Assembly (NCBI GenBank): GCA_039189765.1
Contig: JBCCYL010000020.1
Span: forward strand, 1-64,000
DNA length: 64,000 nucleotides
Direction: 5' to 3'
Source of the DNA: Cyanobacteria bacterium P01_F01_bin.150
Lineage (GTDB): Bacteria > Cyanobacteriota > Cyanobacteriia > CAKZMO01
In this document: positions 13,572 through 23,238 of the stretch, in pieces
Numbering within the stretch: the first letter of the stretch is position 1
Layout: every line of letters begins with the position of its first letter
The notes under the pieces: generated by a model
Databases searched by the model: none
What the model was told of the DNA's origin: nothing
The model's input: the letters and a program-made list of their open reading frames with translations, nothing else
Made by a program: the position numbers and the translations under genes

Positions 13572-16091
13572 ATGAACGCTACGGTTCGATACCACGTTGG
13601 GGGTAGCCTCAGCGCCGATGACCCCAGTTATGTTGTACGGCAGGCAGATGCTGACTTGTATGATGCATTGTCAGCCGGAACCTTTTGCTATGTGTTCAAC
13701 TCGCGCCAGATGGGTAAGTCTTCCCTAAGAGTGCGGGTTAGGCACCAACTTGAGCAAGTCGGCTACCATTGCGCCTCGATTGACTTGACCAATATTGGCA
13801 GTCAAGACGTGTGTGCAGACCATTGGTATACGGGGTTGATTGCAGAAATTGCCCGTAGTTTGCGCATCGTCTCCTACATGGAATTAATTCAATGGCTGCA
13901 AGATCATGAGGCACTATCGCCGGTTCAACGCCTTAGTCGGTTCCTTGACGAACTGTTATACACCTATTGCCCAAACGACTCCATCATTATTTTTATTGAT
14001 GAAATTGACAGCGTCTTGAGTTTGCCGTTTATCGTTGACGATTTCTTTGCGTTGATTCGCTATTGCTGTAACCAGCGTAGCGAACGCTCAGACTATCATC
14101 GTCTGACCTTTGCCCTGTTTGGCGTAGCCACGCCCTCAGCGCTGATTCGCGATCGCTATAAAACTCCCTTTAATATTGGCAAGCCTATTGAACTTAAAGG
14201 ATTTCAGCCCCATGAAGTTATTCCCCTAGAGCAAGGTTTTGTTGGTTATATCGATCAGCCCCATGCCATGATGAAAGCGATTTTAGATTGGACAGGCGGT
14301 CAGCCTTTTCTTACTCAAAAGTTATGCCAGCTTACCCTGCAATTGGTTCAGGCACCGTCTAATCACTCAACCGATCGGCCCCAGGTATCAGCAAAAGGAA
14401 TGGAAACATTTAATGACGGCCCTGGAGCGCAATCCTCATCCCTTCAGACCCTGGCTACAAATTTAGCGCCAGATTTGTCTACCAATTTGTCTACCAATTT
14501 GTCTCCAAATCAGATCATCGGAGAACTTGTTAAAACTGAGATTATTCAAAATTGGGAAATTAATGATGAACCAGAACACTTACGCACGATTCGCGATCGC
14601 CTCCTTCAGGATGAAGCGAATGTTTGTAATCTTCTGAGCCTATATCAAAGCATTTGGCAGCAAGGCAAGTTAGATCCTTTAGATACCCCTGTTCAGACGG
14701 ACTTGCTGCTGAGTGGATTAGTGAGAAAACAAGCGGGTCAATTGGTGATCCATAATCTTATTTACGCAGCAGTGTTTAATCTTACCTGGGTGACTAAACA
14801 CCTAATGCGTCAACGCCCCTACGGCAAAGCCCTAAGCCAGTGGCTAGCGTCGGAGGGAAAAGATACGTCATGTTTACTTAGAGGCCGCGTGCTAGAGGAT
14901 GCTCAGCTTTGGCTAAACCAAAATGATCACGTTGGCGGAGACCAGGATTATCGATTTTTGGCCGCGTCTCAACTACAGGACAAAAAAGAACTCAAGCAAC
15001 AGTGGGAGAGCGATCGCCAACAGGTCATCGCTCAGAAGTTAAAAGCGGAGTCTCTACACTGGGCATCACAGCAATCGGTGTCCATTCCTATCATCTTTCT
15101 GACCCTTACCACCACTGCCTTAATTGGACTCCTTGTTAAATTCGGCTGGAGCTATCATCAACAACAAACCACGGTATTGATGAATGTGCATACTAACATT
15201 ATGGCCTCTGATTCCCTACTCGCGTCTGAAAAAATAGAAGAGGCTTTGGTAACAGCGATGCAAGCCTGGCACCATATCCAAGCCCTCAATAAAGGTGTTG
15301 CAAACAAGGAAGAGTTAACTCACAGGGCCGAACGGGCGTTGAGGCAGGCAACCCTAACGGCGATCGCTCCGTCTAAGTCCACGTTGGATAGCGCACAGAC
15401 AGCCGCACTCGGAACGGCTATTTTAAGCACAAAGACTTTGGAAACCACTCCATCGCCGTGGACCCTTATTTCCTGGCCTCCCAACGATGGAGCCTTACAA
15501 ACAACGACCTGGTGGAGTCAAACGGGGCTGAAGAATAATTCAGAGCTTGCTCCAATTGATTTAGACACGAGCTCCAAGAAACGAGATCAGTCGGGGACTG
15601 GAAAAAATATGGGGGCGATCGCGACAGACCGCCAGAATCATCGGCAAAATCATCGGCAAAATCATCGGCACGTATCCGTGGAATCAGATACGATCCTGGT
15701 CATCAGAAATGAAGAGGGTGGGCAGCAAATACGGGTCCCAATGAACTCTACCGTGACCCATCTCGTTTCGAGTCAAATCCAGAAAATATTTGCCTCTGCC
15801 CACGCAGATCAGGCGATTCGGCTTTGGCGTGATGATGGCACCCTGCTTGTAACCCTTGAAACCAGCCCTGAGCGTCTACAGCAAATGGTATTTACGGCTG
15901 ATGGCCATCTGCTGGTTGTCCATGATGACCAAACGATTCAAACTTGGGATACCACAACCCTTATGGATATTGAAATTTTACTCACTGATGCATGCCAATG
16001 GCTTGAGCGTCAGCCCAGCATGCGTGCTCAATTGCAGTCTAGTCTATCCATCTATTCTCCATATCCTCTCCTATGCCAGGGACGCAACTAG
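13572..16091 (+). CDS. AAA_35 (STAND-like) NTPase with TM segment and degenerate C-terminal WD40 repeats
   Basis: YHVGGSL...YVVRQAD, Walker [10 protein letters not shown], Walker [29 protein letters not shown]-terminal [12 protein letters not shown]. Start at ATG 13572 preferred over 13470, which overlaps the divergent murQ upstream region. Confidence 0.85.
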   Translation: MNATVRYHVGGSLSADDPSYVVRQADADLYDALSAGTFCYVFNSRQMGKSSLRVRVRHQLEQVGYHCASIDLTNIGSQDVCADHWYTGLIAEIARSLRIVSYMELIQWLQDHEALSPVQRLSRFLDELLYTYCPNDSIIIFIDEIDSVLSLPFIVDDFFALIRYCCNQRSERSDYHRLTFALFGVATPSALIRDRYKTPFNIGKPIELKGFQPHEVIPLEQGFVGYIDQPHAMMKAILDWTGGQPFLTQKLCQLTLQLVQAPSNHSTDRPQVSAKGMETFNDGPGAQSSSLQTLATNLAPDLSTNLSTNLSPNQIIGELVKTEIIQNWEINDEPEHLRTIRDRLLQDEANVCNLLSLYQSIWQQGKLDPLDTPVQTDLLLSGLVRKQAGQLVIHNLIYAAVFNLTWVTKHLMRQRPYGKALSQWLASEGKDTSCLLRGRVLEDAQLWLNQNDHVGGDQDYRFLAASQLQDKKELKQQWESDRQQVIAQKLKAESLHWASQQSVSIPIIFLTLTTTALIGLLVKFGWSYHQQQTTVLMNVHTNIMASDSLLASEKIEEALVTAMQAWHHIQALNKGVANKEELTHRAERALRQATLTAIAPSKSTLDSAQTAALGTAILSTKTLETTPSPWTLISWPPNDGALQTTTWWSQTGLKNNSELAPIDLDTSSKKRDQSGTGKNMGAIATDRQNHRQNHRQNHRHVSVESDTILVIRNEEGGQQIRVPMNSTVTHLVSSQIQKIFASAHADQAIRLWRDDGTLLVTLETSPERLQQMVFTADGHLLVVHDDQTIQTWDTTTLMDIEILLTDACQWLERQPSMRAQLQSSLSIYSPYPLLCQGRN

Positions 16092-16100
16092 TGGAATGTC

Positions 16101-17831
16101 CTAGCCAGAGTGGCGATCGCTATTAAGGGATCCGCCCAAAAATAAAGTGGCAATAAAATCAGAGGCCCGAGCGGTTAGCGCCATGGAGGTCAAGGTTGGA
16201 CTTTGCCAGCCAGATGACGTCCAGCTAGCCCCATCCGTTACAAATACATTGGGCGCATCCCAACATTGATTGTGCGGGTTGAGCACCGAAGTCTGGGGAG
16301 ATATACCCATACAGGCTCCACCAACTTCATGAATGTAATGGCCCGGAGGTGCAGCAAACTCCATCACCTCTTCCATTTGACGCGCATAGTGAGTCAGCAC
16401 AGGGACATGGAATAAATCCGTTAAGCTCATGCATCGTCCCCCAGCCTGCTTCACAATGGACTCCATTGCATTATGCATATGTCGCACCATCTCTAGCTCA
16501 TTGTCTGACCAATGGCAGTCAATATGGGCAGCGGGAATACCCCAGGCATCGACTACATCAGGATTTAAGCTGACTCGGTTGTAGTGTTGGGGTAGCACTT
16601 CGCCATGACCAATCAAAAACCCCACCGCTCCTTTTTTTTTCTGGAGCCAGTCGGGTACTCCAAACCGCTGAATTCCACCCCACAATCCATAGCCACGAAT
16701 AAATTGTTCCTCTGGACGGTCTAAATTACAGAGCCGAGGAATAAAGAAGCTATCGCAGCCAGATAAATCCGCAGTATGGGCAGTATCGACATCCGGCAAA
16801 ATAAAGAAGCGGGCGGTGGAAACATGGTCCATTAAATATCGCCCCAGAAGATCAGACTGATTAGCCAGCCCCCCGGGTTGATAAGCCGCAGTAGAGTGGA
16901 GCAAAATTCTGACCGATTCAATGGCAGACGCACACAGCATAATTACTCGACCGTGGACCGTGTAGTCTTTGTGGGAGTGGCGATCGCGATAGGTCACACC
17001 AGTGGCCCGGCGAGTTTCCGGATCAAACACCAGATGACTAACCACCGCATCTGACTGCAACCTTACATTTCCCGTTACTAGCCCTGCTTTGAGAGATGAA
17101 CCTGGGCTAGAAGAACGAGGCCAAGGCTGTTCCTCGGTGGCTTGGTGAAGCGGAAAACCACGGGAAATAATCATCGGCATATCATCGCCTAGACAGGATT
17201 TAAGATACGCCTCTCCAGGGGTAAATTCAGCCGGGTTTTGGTAATGGCCATCGGGCAGTTGGGGTAATCCATCTGTTGCTCCATAAACCTGGAAAAAATC
17301 TTCAAGACGATCATAATAGGGAGCTAGATCATCATAGGAAATCGGCCAGTCTTGTCCAAATCCATCACGACTGGCGGCTTTAAATTCATAGTCCGATAGC
17401 CGCAGGGTAATCCCGCCCCAGGTCAAACTTTTGCCACCGACCTGTCGCCCTCGAATCCAGGTAAAAGGCTTATGGTCAGCAGTCGTGTAGGGATTTTCTT
17501 GCTCATTGACGAATAAATCAGGATTTGCCTTCCAATAGCCAGGATGAAGCGCCTGACGAGATTGACGACGGGTGCCCAAATTATACAAGCGCTTAGCCAT
17601 CGCTTTGGGACCATTACTCAAATCAGTTTGAGCATTTAAGGAGCGGCCTGCTTCCAATATTAGAACATTTAGTCCCTTTTCCCCCAATTCTTTAGCGGCG
17701 ACTCCGCCAGTGGCTCCAGAACCTACCACAATGACATCATAGACATCAATATCGTTCTCTTGATTCACCCGATTGACCCAAGTATCTTCAACCTTTGCAT
17801 CCCGCACCGCAGAATGACCCACACGCTCCAT
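16101..17831 (-). CDS. GMC family oxidoreductase
   Basis: FAD motif VVGSGATGG, GRQVGGKSLTWG, LGRYLMDH, HEVGGACMG, SPTLTSMALTAR. Confidence 0.92.
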   Translation of the reverse strand: MERVGHSAVRDAKVEDTWVNRVNQENDIDVYDVIVVGSGATGGVAAKELGEKGLNVLILEAGRSLNAQTDLSNGPKAMAKRLYNLGTRRQSRQALHPGYWKANPDLFVNEQENPYTTADHKPFTWIRGRQVGGKSLTWGGITLRLSDYEFKAASRDGFGQDWPISYDDLAPYYDRLEDFFQVYGATDGLPQLPDGHYQNPAEFTPGEAYLKSCLGDDMPMIISRGFPLHQATEEQPWPRSSSPGSSLKAGLVTGNVRLQSDAVVSHLVFDPETRRATGVTYRDRHSHKDYTVHGRVIMLCASAIESVRILLHSTAAYQPGGLANQSDLLGRYLMDHVSTARFFILPDVDTAHTADLSGCDSFFIPRLCNLDRPEEQFIRGYGLWGGIQRFGVPDWLQKKKGAVGFLIGHGEVLPQHYNRVSLNPDVVDAWGIPAAHIDCHWSDNELEMVRHMHNAMESIVKQAGGRCMSLTDLFHVPVLTHYARQMEEVMEFAAPPGHYIHEVGGACMGISPQTSVLNPHNQCWDAPNVFVTDGASWTSSGWQSPTLTSMALTARASDFIATLFLGGSLNSDRHSG

Positions 17832-17893
17832 TCTCCTTACTCCTTATGAAAACTGCCGTCCCCTCAGGAAGACAGACTGACCATCCCACAAAA

Positions 17894-17971
17894 GGGTATC
17901 CACGTAAGGAGGGAAATGGGGGCGCGACGCTTCCATTTCCCACAAACTTGTTCCGCCTTACGTTGGAACTC
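17894..17971 (+). mobile_element. About 78-bp MITE-like element (copy A)
   Basis: TIRs gggtatccacgtaagg / ccttacgttggaactc; inner hairpin gggaaatgg...ccatttccc; flanking direct repeat ccacaaaa at 17886-17893 and 17972-17979. Confidence 0.75.
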
Positions 17972-18137
17972 CCACAAAAGTCACTATATCGTTAAAGCCG
18001 ACTATACTCTGAAACTGAGGTGTGAGAATATTAGCCAAAGCGATGCCCAAAAGGTGACTTGCGCCCCTATGCGCTCTGTACTCCTCATCCAAACATCGGT
18101 TAATTAGCTGATGAATCACCATGAGGCGTAGGGCATA

Positions 18138-20882
18138 GTGTCAAGTACAATGTGTGTTTCTCTCATAATTATGCGTCCTTATTGGTATCAGTATCCTGTA
18201 ATAAAGAGGGTCGTACTGTCATCGGTTGGTGCCACCATTGTGTGCTTCAACAGCATAAACACGAGCACATTTGCCCAGATCACCGCTGACGGCACCGTCT
18301 CCACAAACGTTATCTCTAGCGATAATCTAAACTTTGTCATTGAAAATGGCGAAGTCTGTTGCATCCATACAGATCAACGGGAAGACATCTATCTCTTCCA
18401 TAGTTTTGATGCATTTTCAGTCCCGACAGGGGGAACGGCTCACTTTAATAACGCCACAGCTATTGATATTATTTTTAGCCGCGTGACCGGAGACAGCAAA
18501 TCCATAATTGACGGTCGCCTTTCAGCCAACGGCACAGCAAATGTGTTTTTACTTAATCCCCATGGCATTATCTTTGGCGAAAATGCCTCCCTAGATATTG
18601 GCGGATCATTTATCGGCACCACCGCTGAGTCACTGGTATTTGAAGACGGTAGCGAGTTCAGCACCACGGCGTTATCGTCCACTCCGCTCTTGAACATTAG
18701 TGGGCCTTTGGGTCTGCAAATGGGTCAAAATCCAGGCAATATTCTTCAATCAGAAGCGACCTTGGAAACGTCAGCGGGGCGAACGCTGGCACTGGTGGGC
18801 GGCAATATTACAATAGCTGGCGGAATAATGGAGGTGCCAGGGGGCAGGGGGCGAATTGAGCTAATCAGTTTGGGGGCTGACAGTGTGGCGAATTTACGTT
18901 CTGTTGGGGAGAAATGGCGCATAGATATTGCCGATGCTGCATCATTCGCCAATTTGACCTTGGATGAAGCCCTTATCCAGGGCAGTGGCAATGGCAACAG
19001 CGCGATCCAATTAGTCGGCCATGCTATTCGGGCCACCAATAGTCAAGTGCAAAGTTCTAATCTAGGTGGTCGGCAAGGACAGGGCATTGCCATTCGAAGC
19101 GATCGCCTCTTTCAAGCTGATAATTCTGATTTCACTCTGGAGGTGCAATCTGGAGGTGATACAGGTAATGTAACCATTACAGCCCCCGTCACTCAGTTTA
19201 TCAATAATGGTGGAGTAGGCAATATTGTTACGCAGGGCAGTACGGGCAACGGCGGTAATTTGCTGATTAGGGGCAATCGCTTCACCGTAGCGAATAATTC
19301 TGGATTTGGCGTATGGACCGCAGGCAGTGGCAACAGCGGCGATGTGGTGATCGATGTCGAGGAGGTCAGCATACGAGACAACTCAGGTTTTGGCGTCTTT
19401 ACAACGGATACCGGGAATAGCGGTGATGTGACGATTCAAGGAAGCCGCATGATGACGACTAATGAATCGGGAGGGGGGATGTTTACTGAAGGGAAAGGGG
19501 CTGCGGGCAATCTCAATATTTTCGTCGATACATTCCTGCTGACTGGCAGTAGCGGCTATAGTTTGCGATCAATTGGTACAGGAAATGCGGGCAACGTGAG
19601 AATTAACTCAAACGTTATCGTTATCCGAGATGAATCAGGATTCAGTACCAGTACAAGAGGAAGCAGCACTGGCGGAGATATCACGATTCAGGCTCAAGAG
19701 ATTACCCTGGACACGGCTCAAATTAATGCGCTCACAGACGGCACTGAAACAGCGGGTAATTTAAACATCGTGACGGATACCTTAAGGCTAACCAATGGTG
19801 GCCAGCTTAATGTATTTACTAGTAGTGACGCAAAGGCTGGCAAAATCAATGTGATTGCACGCGATCGCATCATTATTTCTGGTCGAGATCGTGCGTTTGC
19901 AACCCGAGAAACAGAAGATGAACAGGACGCTCTGGTAAGTCCTTTTAGCGGAATCTTTGGCAACACCCTAGACTCTGCTGGAGGCAACGGTGGTGATGTC
20001 ACAATCACTACGCCCTATTTACATATGGAGGGCAATGCCAGGATTAGCGTCAGCGCGGAGGGCGATGGCGATGCAGGGGCATTGAGTCTGAATGGCCATA
20101 CTGCGCTTTTGCAGCAGGCCAGTATTCAATCGGAAGCGACGGCTGGCAGCGGCGGAGATTTGCTTCTTAATCTCGATCGTGCCTTGTTTATGACTAGGCA
20201 AAGCCGCATCACGACCAATGCCAATAAGGATGGCGGAAACATTACTATCCAGTCTCCTATTAGCATTGTCGGTCTATACAACAGTGATATTATTGCGAAC
20301 GCAGTTGAAGGCGATGGCGGCAATATTCGCATCGGCACCCAAGGGCTATTTGGATTTCGGTTGGGAGATGCTGCCAGCACTGAAAGTAATTTTACAAGCG
20401 ACCTTACGGCCAGCTCCGAGAGGGGGGTCAATGGCACCATCACCATCAGTAATTTTAATTGGGAACCTGATTCAGGGATTGTGGCACTACCTACAAATTT
20501 GGAGGAGGCTAGCGAGCGCATCGGTCAAGGCTGTTCATTTATGAGGAAAAGTAAGTTTATCCTGACAGGGCGAGGAGGACTACCGTCCAGGCCATTGGGA
20601 GAAACCAGTGGCGATCGCCCCTGGTTCAACATCCTGCCTGATTTTGGGGCCATTCCAGACACGAATGCCCCTCCTTCTAGCGTACCCGACAACATCTCAC
20701 TTCAGCGCCCATCACCAATAGCAGCAACACCTACCCAACAATTCTTTGAGGAGCGTGCCGATGTGCCCACAGAAGCAACAGAAATGGCGATCGCCCCTGA
20801 TGGCACCCGCCACCTTATCAATGCCAATATTCATAACGCAACAAGACCTTACAGCACTTGCATTAGTCAGTCTGCCATTTAA
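18138..20882 (+). CDS. Filamentous haemagglutinin N-terminal (TPS) domain exoprotein, TpsA-like
   Basis: Signal peptide ending FAQIT; LFHSF, FSRVTG, ANVFLLNPHGIIFG; G/N-rich beta-helix repeats; C-terminal FILTGRGGLP. Start codon uncertain. Confidence 0.9.
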   Translation: MSSTMCVSLIIMRPYWYQYPVIKRVVLSSVGATIVCFNSINTSTFAQITADGTVSTNVISSDNLNFVIENGEVCCIHTDQREDIYLFHSFDAFSVPTGGTAHFNNATAIDIIFSRVTGDSKSIIDGRLSANGTANVFLLNPHGIIFGENASLDIGGSFIGTTAESLVFEDGSEFSTTALSSTPLLNISGPLGLQMGQNPGNILQSEATLETSAGRTLALVGGNITIAGGIMEVPGGRGRIELISLGADSVANLRSVGEKWRIDIADAASFANLTLDEALIQGSGNGNSAIQLVGHAIRATNSQVQSSNLGGRQGQGIAIRSDRLFQADNSDFTLEVQSGGDTGNVTITAPVTQFINNGGVGNIVTQGSTGNGGNLLIRGNRFTVANNSGFGVWTAGSGNSGDVVIDVEEVSIRDNSGFGVFTTDTGNSGDVTIQGSRMMTTNESGGGMFTEGKGAAGNLNIFVDTFLLTGSSGYSLRSIGTGNAGNVRINSNVIVIRDESGFSTSTRGSSTGGDITIQAQEITLDTAQINALTDGTETAGNLNIVTDTLRLTNGGQLNVFTSSDAKAGKINVIARDRIIISGRDRAFATRETEDEQDALVSPFSGIFGNTLDSAGGNGGDVTITTPYLHMEGNARISVSAEGDGDAGALSLNGHTALLQQASIQSEATAGSGGDLLLNLDRALFMTRQSRITTNANKDGGNITIQSPISIVGLYNSDIIANAVEGDGGNIRIGTQGLFGFRLGDAASTESNFTSDLTASSERGVNGTITISNFNWEPDSGIVALPTNLEEASERIGQGCSFMRKSKFILTGRGGLPSRPLGETSGDRPWFNILPDFGAIPDTNAPPSSVPDNISLQRPSPIAATPTQQFFEERADVPTEATEMAIAPDGTRHLINANIHNATRPYSTCISQSAI

Positions 20883-20900
20883 TCGTTGGCAAGAAGAGGG

Positions 20901-23162
20901 CTAGAAGCGATCGCGCACCCAATACCAAACTTTTGCAATGCGTTGCTCAAGCCAAACCATGCCGGAATCAACCCAACCCAGCAATCGCTCTAACGGATGT
21001 TTGTCATAGCCGACTACCTCTGCCGTTGTGTCTAGCCAGGTATTTGTCATGCTAGCGTTTGGGCCACCCTTTGGTTGGCCAGGAATATCGAGAGAAAACA
21101 CTCTCGACTCGTCTTGAACACTGGTTTCTGCATCTGCTGAGACCCGATACAGCACGTTGCGATCCAGGGAAGAATCTTCAGTCCGACGAAAATCATAGGC
21201 CACACCATGATGGGCCAAGTAAGCTTCTAAAGAAACCGGATCGGGCTTGCCACCGGACATGTTAAACACTGCGGCAGCAGATTCAGGAAAAGGATCGCTG
21301 GGGTTAAGGTCAGATTCATTAATCGTATTAGACACGTGGGTAGTAATCAGTCCGGCTTCAGTCATTTCGGTTAGATTTGCTTCAATACTGGCATAGCTGG
21401 CGTTTAGAGGGGAAGTCTGTAAGTTCAGACTTGCACGGGCAGGCAAAGAAGGCACAACGGGGGGAAATTCTCGCTGTCGCCGCACCTGATTAATTTGATT
21501 GGCATTAAACCAGCCCTGTTCACTGCCTTGATAATCTGGGTCAAACCATAAATTACGAGTGAGTTCCTTTGGCAATTTACGGTTTGCCCTATTGCTTACT
21601 TGATTGGCGCTTACTTGATTGGCGCTTACTTGATTGACTGACATCGAAGCATTGAGGCTCCCCAAGTCAGGCTGGGACTTATTTGGAAATGGCATGGTTG
21701 GGATAGATGGAAGCTGGTGTTCTGAGGGACCCTGACCTGCTGCCTTACTTGCATCATCTGAACTAGTCGATTGAACCGGTGACACAATCCAGTCTAATAA
21801 TTTATTCCACCAAGACTTTCGTTTGCCAGTGAGACTATTTGGAGAAATAGGTACGGAGGATATCCCAGCTGGATTATCTCCAGATGGATTCCCTCCACCA
21901 TCAGTTGAAGGGGATAGGCGATTGGTCAGATCAGGGAAAAGTTGTTTTAGAGGCGTTCGATCTGAATTAAGGGCATTGAAGTCTTCATTAGACAAATTGA
22001 TAGGTAAATCAGCCGTTGAATGATCCGCTAAATTAGCAGATACGCTATCGGACAAATCCGTGGTCAACTGGGTCGCCAAATCAGGGCCAAACCTGGTTGA
22101 TAAATCCGGATAGAGGGGAATGAGTTGAACCGGCGTGCTTACTTTCGAGTCCCTATCTAAATCAGGCGTCATAGACGCTAAAGCCCCCCCTGCATTCGGT
22201 GCAGGTTCTAAGACCCCAAAGGTAGCTGCGTTTGCCATTCCAAACCGCTGCATTATTTCGGCCACGTCCAAACCAGAATTGTTGACATCAATAGACTGCT
22301 GAGTGGGCACCAAGGCCGATTCTTGAAATACATTAGTGGCGATCGCCACCGGGCTGGTTTGCATCCACGCAATAAAGCGCCGCAGATAGCGCACTGGCGG
22401 TAACATCGTGTCCCGTTCTTTGGGCAAAGGCAAAAAACGACGCCCCAAAGGACTATCGCCTGAGCCCTCTAGTGCGGCGAACTGGCGGCGATCGCGCCAG
22501 TAATTTGCCACTTCAAAAACAATGCGCTGCTGAAGAGCCGCCTGCTGTTCCCAATTCAGGACATTATGAACTTGATTATCCGTCCCGACTAAAACGAGTT
22601 GTTTTTCAGTGAGGAGAGTGGCGATGCCTTGGAGTTGGGGAGTTGGGGAGTTGGGGAGTTGGGGAGTTGGGGAGTTGGGGAGTTGGGGAGTTGGGGAGTT
22701 GGGGAGTTGGGGAGTTCTACCTTCTGCCTTCTGCCTTCTGCCTTCTGCCTTTAAACGCCTTCTGCCGTGGTGATTACTTTCGGCGGGTTGGTCAGGGAAA
22801 AGGTCGGAGAGGCTTAGGACCTGTTCTAGAATATTGAGGACGTTTTCAATGGGGCGATCGCTTTCTGGAGGGAGTAGGGGCTGGGCGGAATTGGGGGAAT
22901 TAGAATTAGAGGAATTTTGAGATTGGTCTAGATCAATGGCGGCGGTGAGTTTGGGGAAAATCTGGCGGGCTGTTTGCTCCAGTTGTTGGCCCACTAGACG
23001 CGCTGATTGGAAGATGGCGTAGAGGGGGTAAAGCGCCATTTGAGTCCCCCAGGTTGCCGCCAGCTTAAGTTGTCGCGCTCCTGTCAGGGCGCGATCGCGC
23101 AATTTCATGGACTGCTGGACAACAAACCGCAGAACTTTACTCTTATAGCGGCTAGAGGGCAT
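20901..23162 (-). CDS. Cyanobacterial hypothetical protein with low-complexity and repeat insertions
   Basis: 753-aa ORF; ordered-looking N-terminus (SRYKSKVLRF...WGTQMALYPLY) and C-terminus (VVGYDKHPLERLLGWVD) around a disordered middle. Confidence 0.75.
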   Translation of the reverse strand: MPSSRYKSKVLRFVVQQSMKLRDRALTGARQLKLAATWGTQMALYPLYAIFQSARLVGQQLEQTARQIFPKLTAAIDLDQSQNSSNSNSPNSAQPLLPPESDRPIENVLNILEQVLSLSDLFPDQPAESNHHGRRRLKAEGRRQKAEGRTPQLPNSPTPQLPNSPTPQLPNSPTPQLQGIATLLTEKQLVLVGTDNQVHNVLNWEQQAALQQRIVFEVANYWRDRRQFAALEGSGDSPLGRRFLPLPKERDTMLPPVRYLRRFIAWMQTSPVAIATNVFQESALVPTQQSIDVNNSGLDVAEIMQRFGMANAATFGVLEPAPNAGGALASMTPDLDRDSKVSTPVQLIPLYPDLSTRFGPDLATQLTTDLSDSVSANLADHSTADLPINLSNEDFNALNSDRTPLKQLFPDLTNRLSPSTDGGGNPSGDNPAGISSVPISPNSLTGKRKSWWNKLLDWIVSPVQSTSSDDASKAAGQGPSEHQLPSIPTMPFPNKSQPDLGSLNASMSVNQVSANQVSANQVSNRANRKLPKELTRNLWFDPDYQGSEQGWFNANQINQVRRQREFPPVVPSLPARASLNLQTSPLNASYASIEANLTEMTEAGLITTHVSNTINESDLNPSDPFPESAAAVFNMSGGKPDPVSLEAYLAHHGVAYDFRRTEDSSLDRNVLYRVSADAETSVQDESRVFSLDIPGQPKGGPNASMTNTWLDTTAEVVGYDKHPLERLLGWVDSGMVWLEQRIAKVWYWVRDRF
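22631..22751. repeat. STRR-type tandem repeats: (GGAGTTGG) x about 10.75, then (CTTCTGC) x about 4.4
   Basis: Read directly: octamer 22631-22716, heptamer 22721-22751. Confidence 0.95.
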
Positions 23163-23238
23163 GGACTTAAGCTAAATTAGTTGACTGTCAGTCTGATCTT
23201 AATCTATAAAATGTCCACACCAGCGTCGCTGCAATTGA

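Noticed and set aside
22631..22751. Tandem repeats as a CRISPR array
   Set aside because: 7-8-nt units with no spacers; no cas genes.
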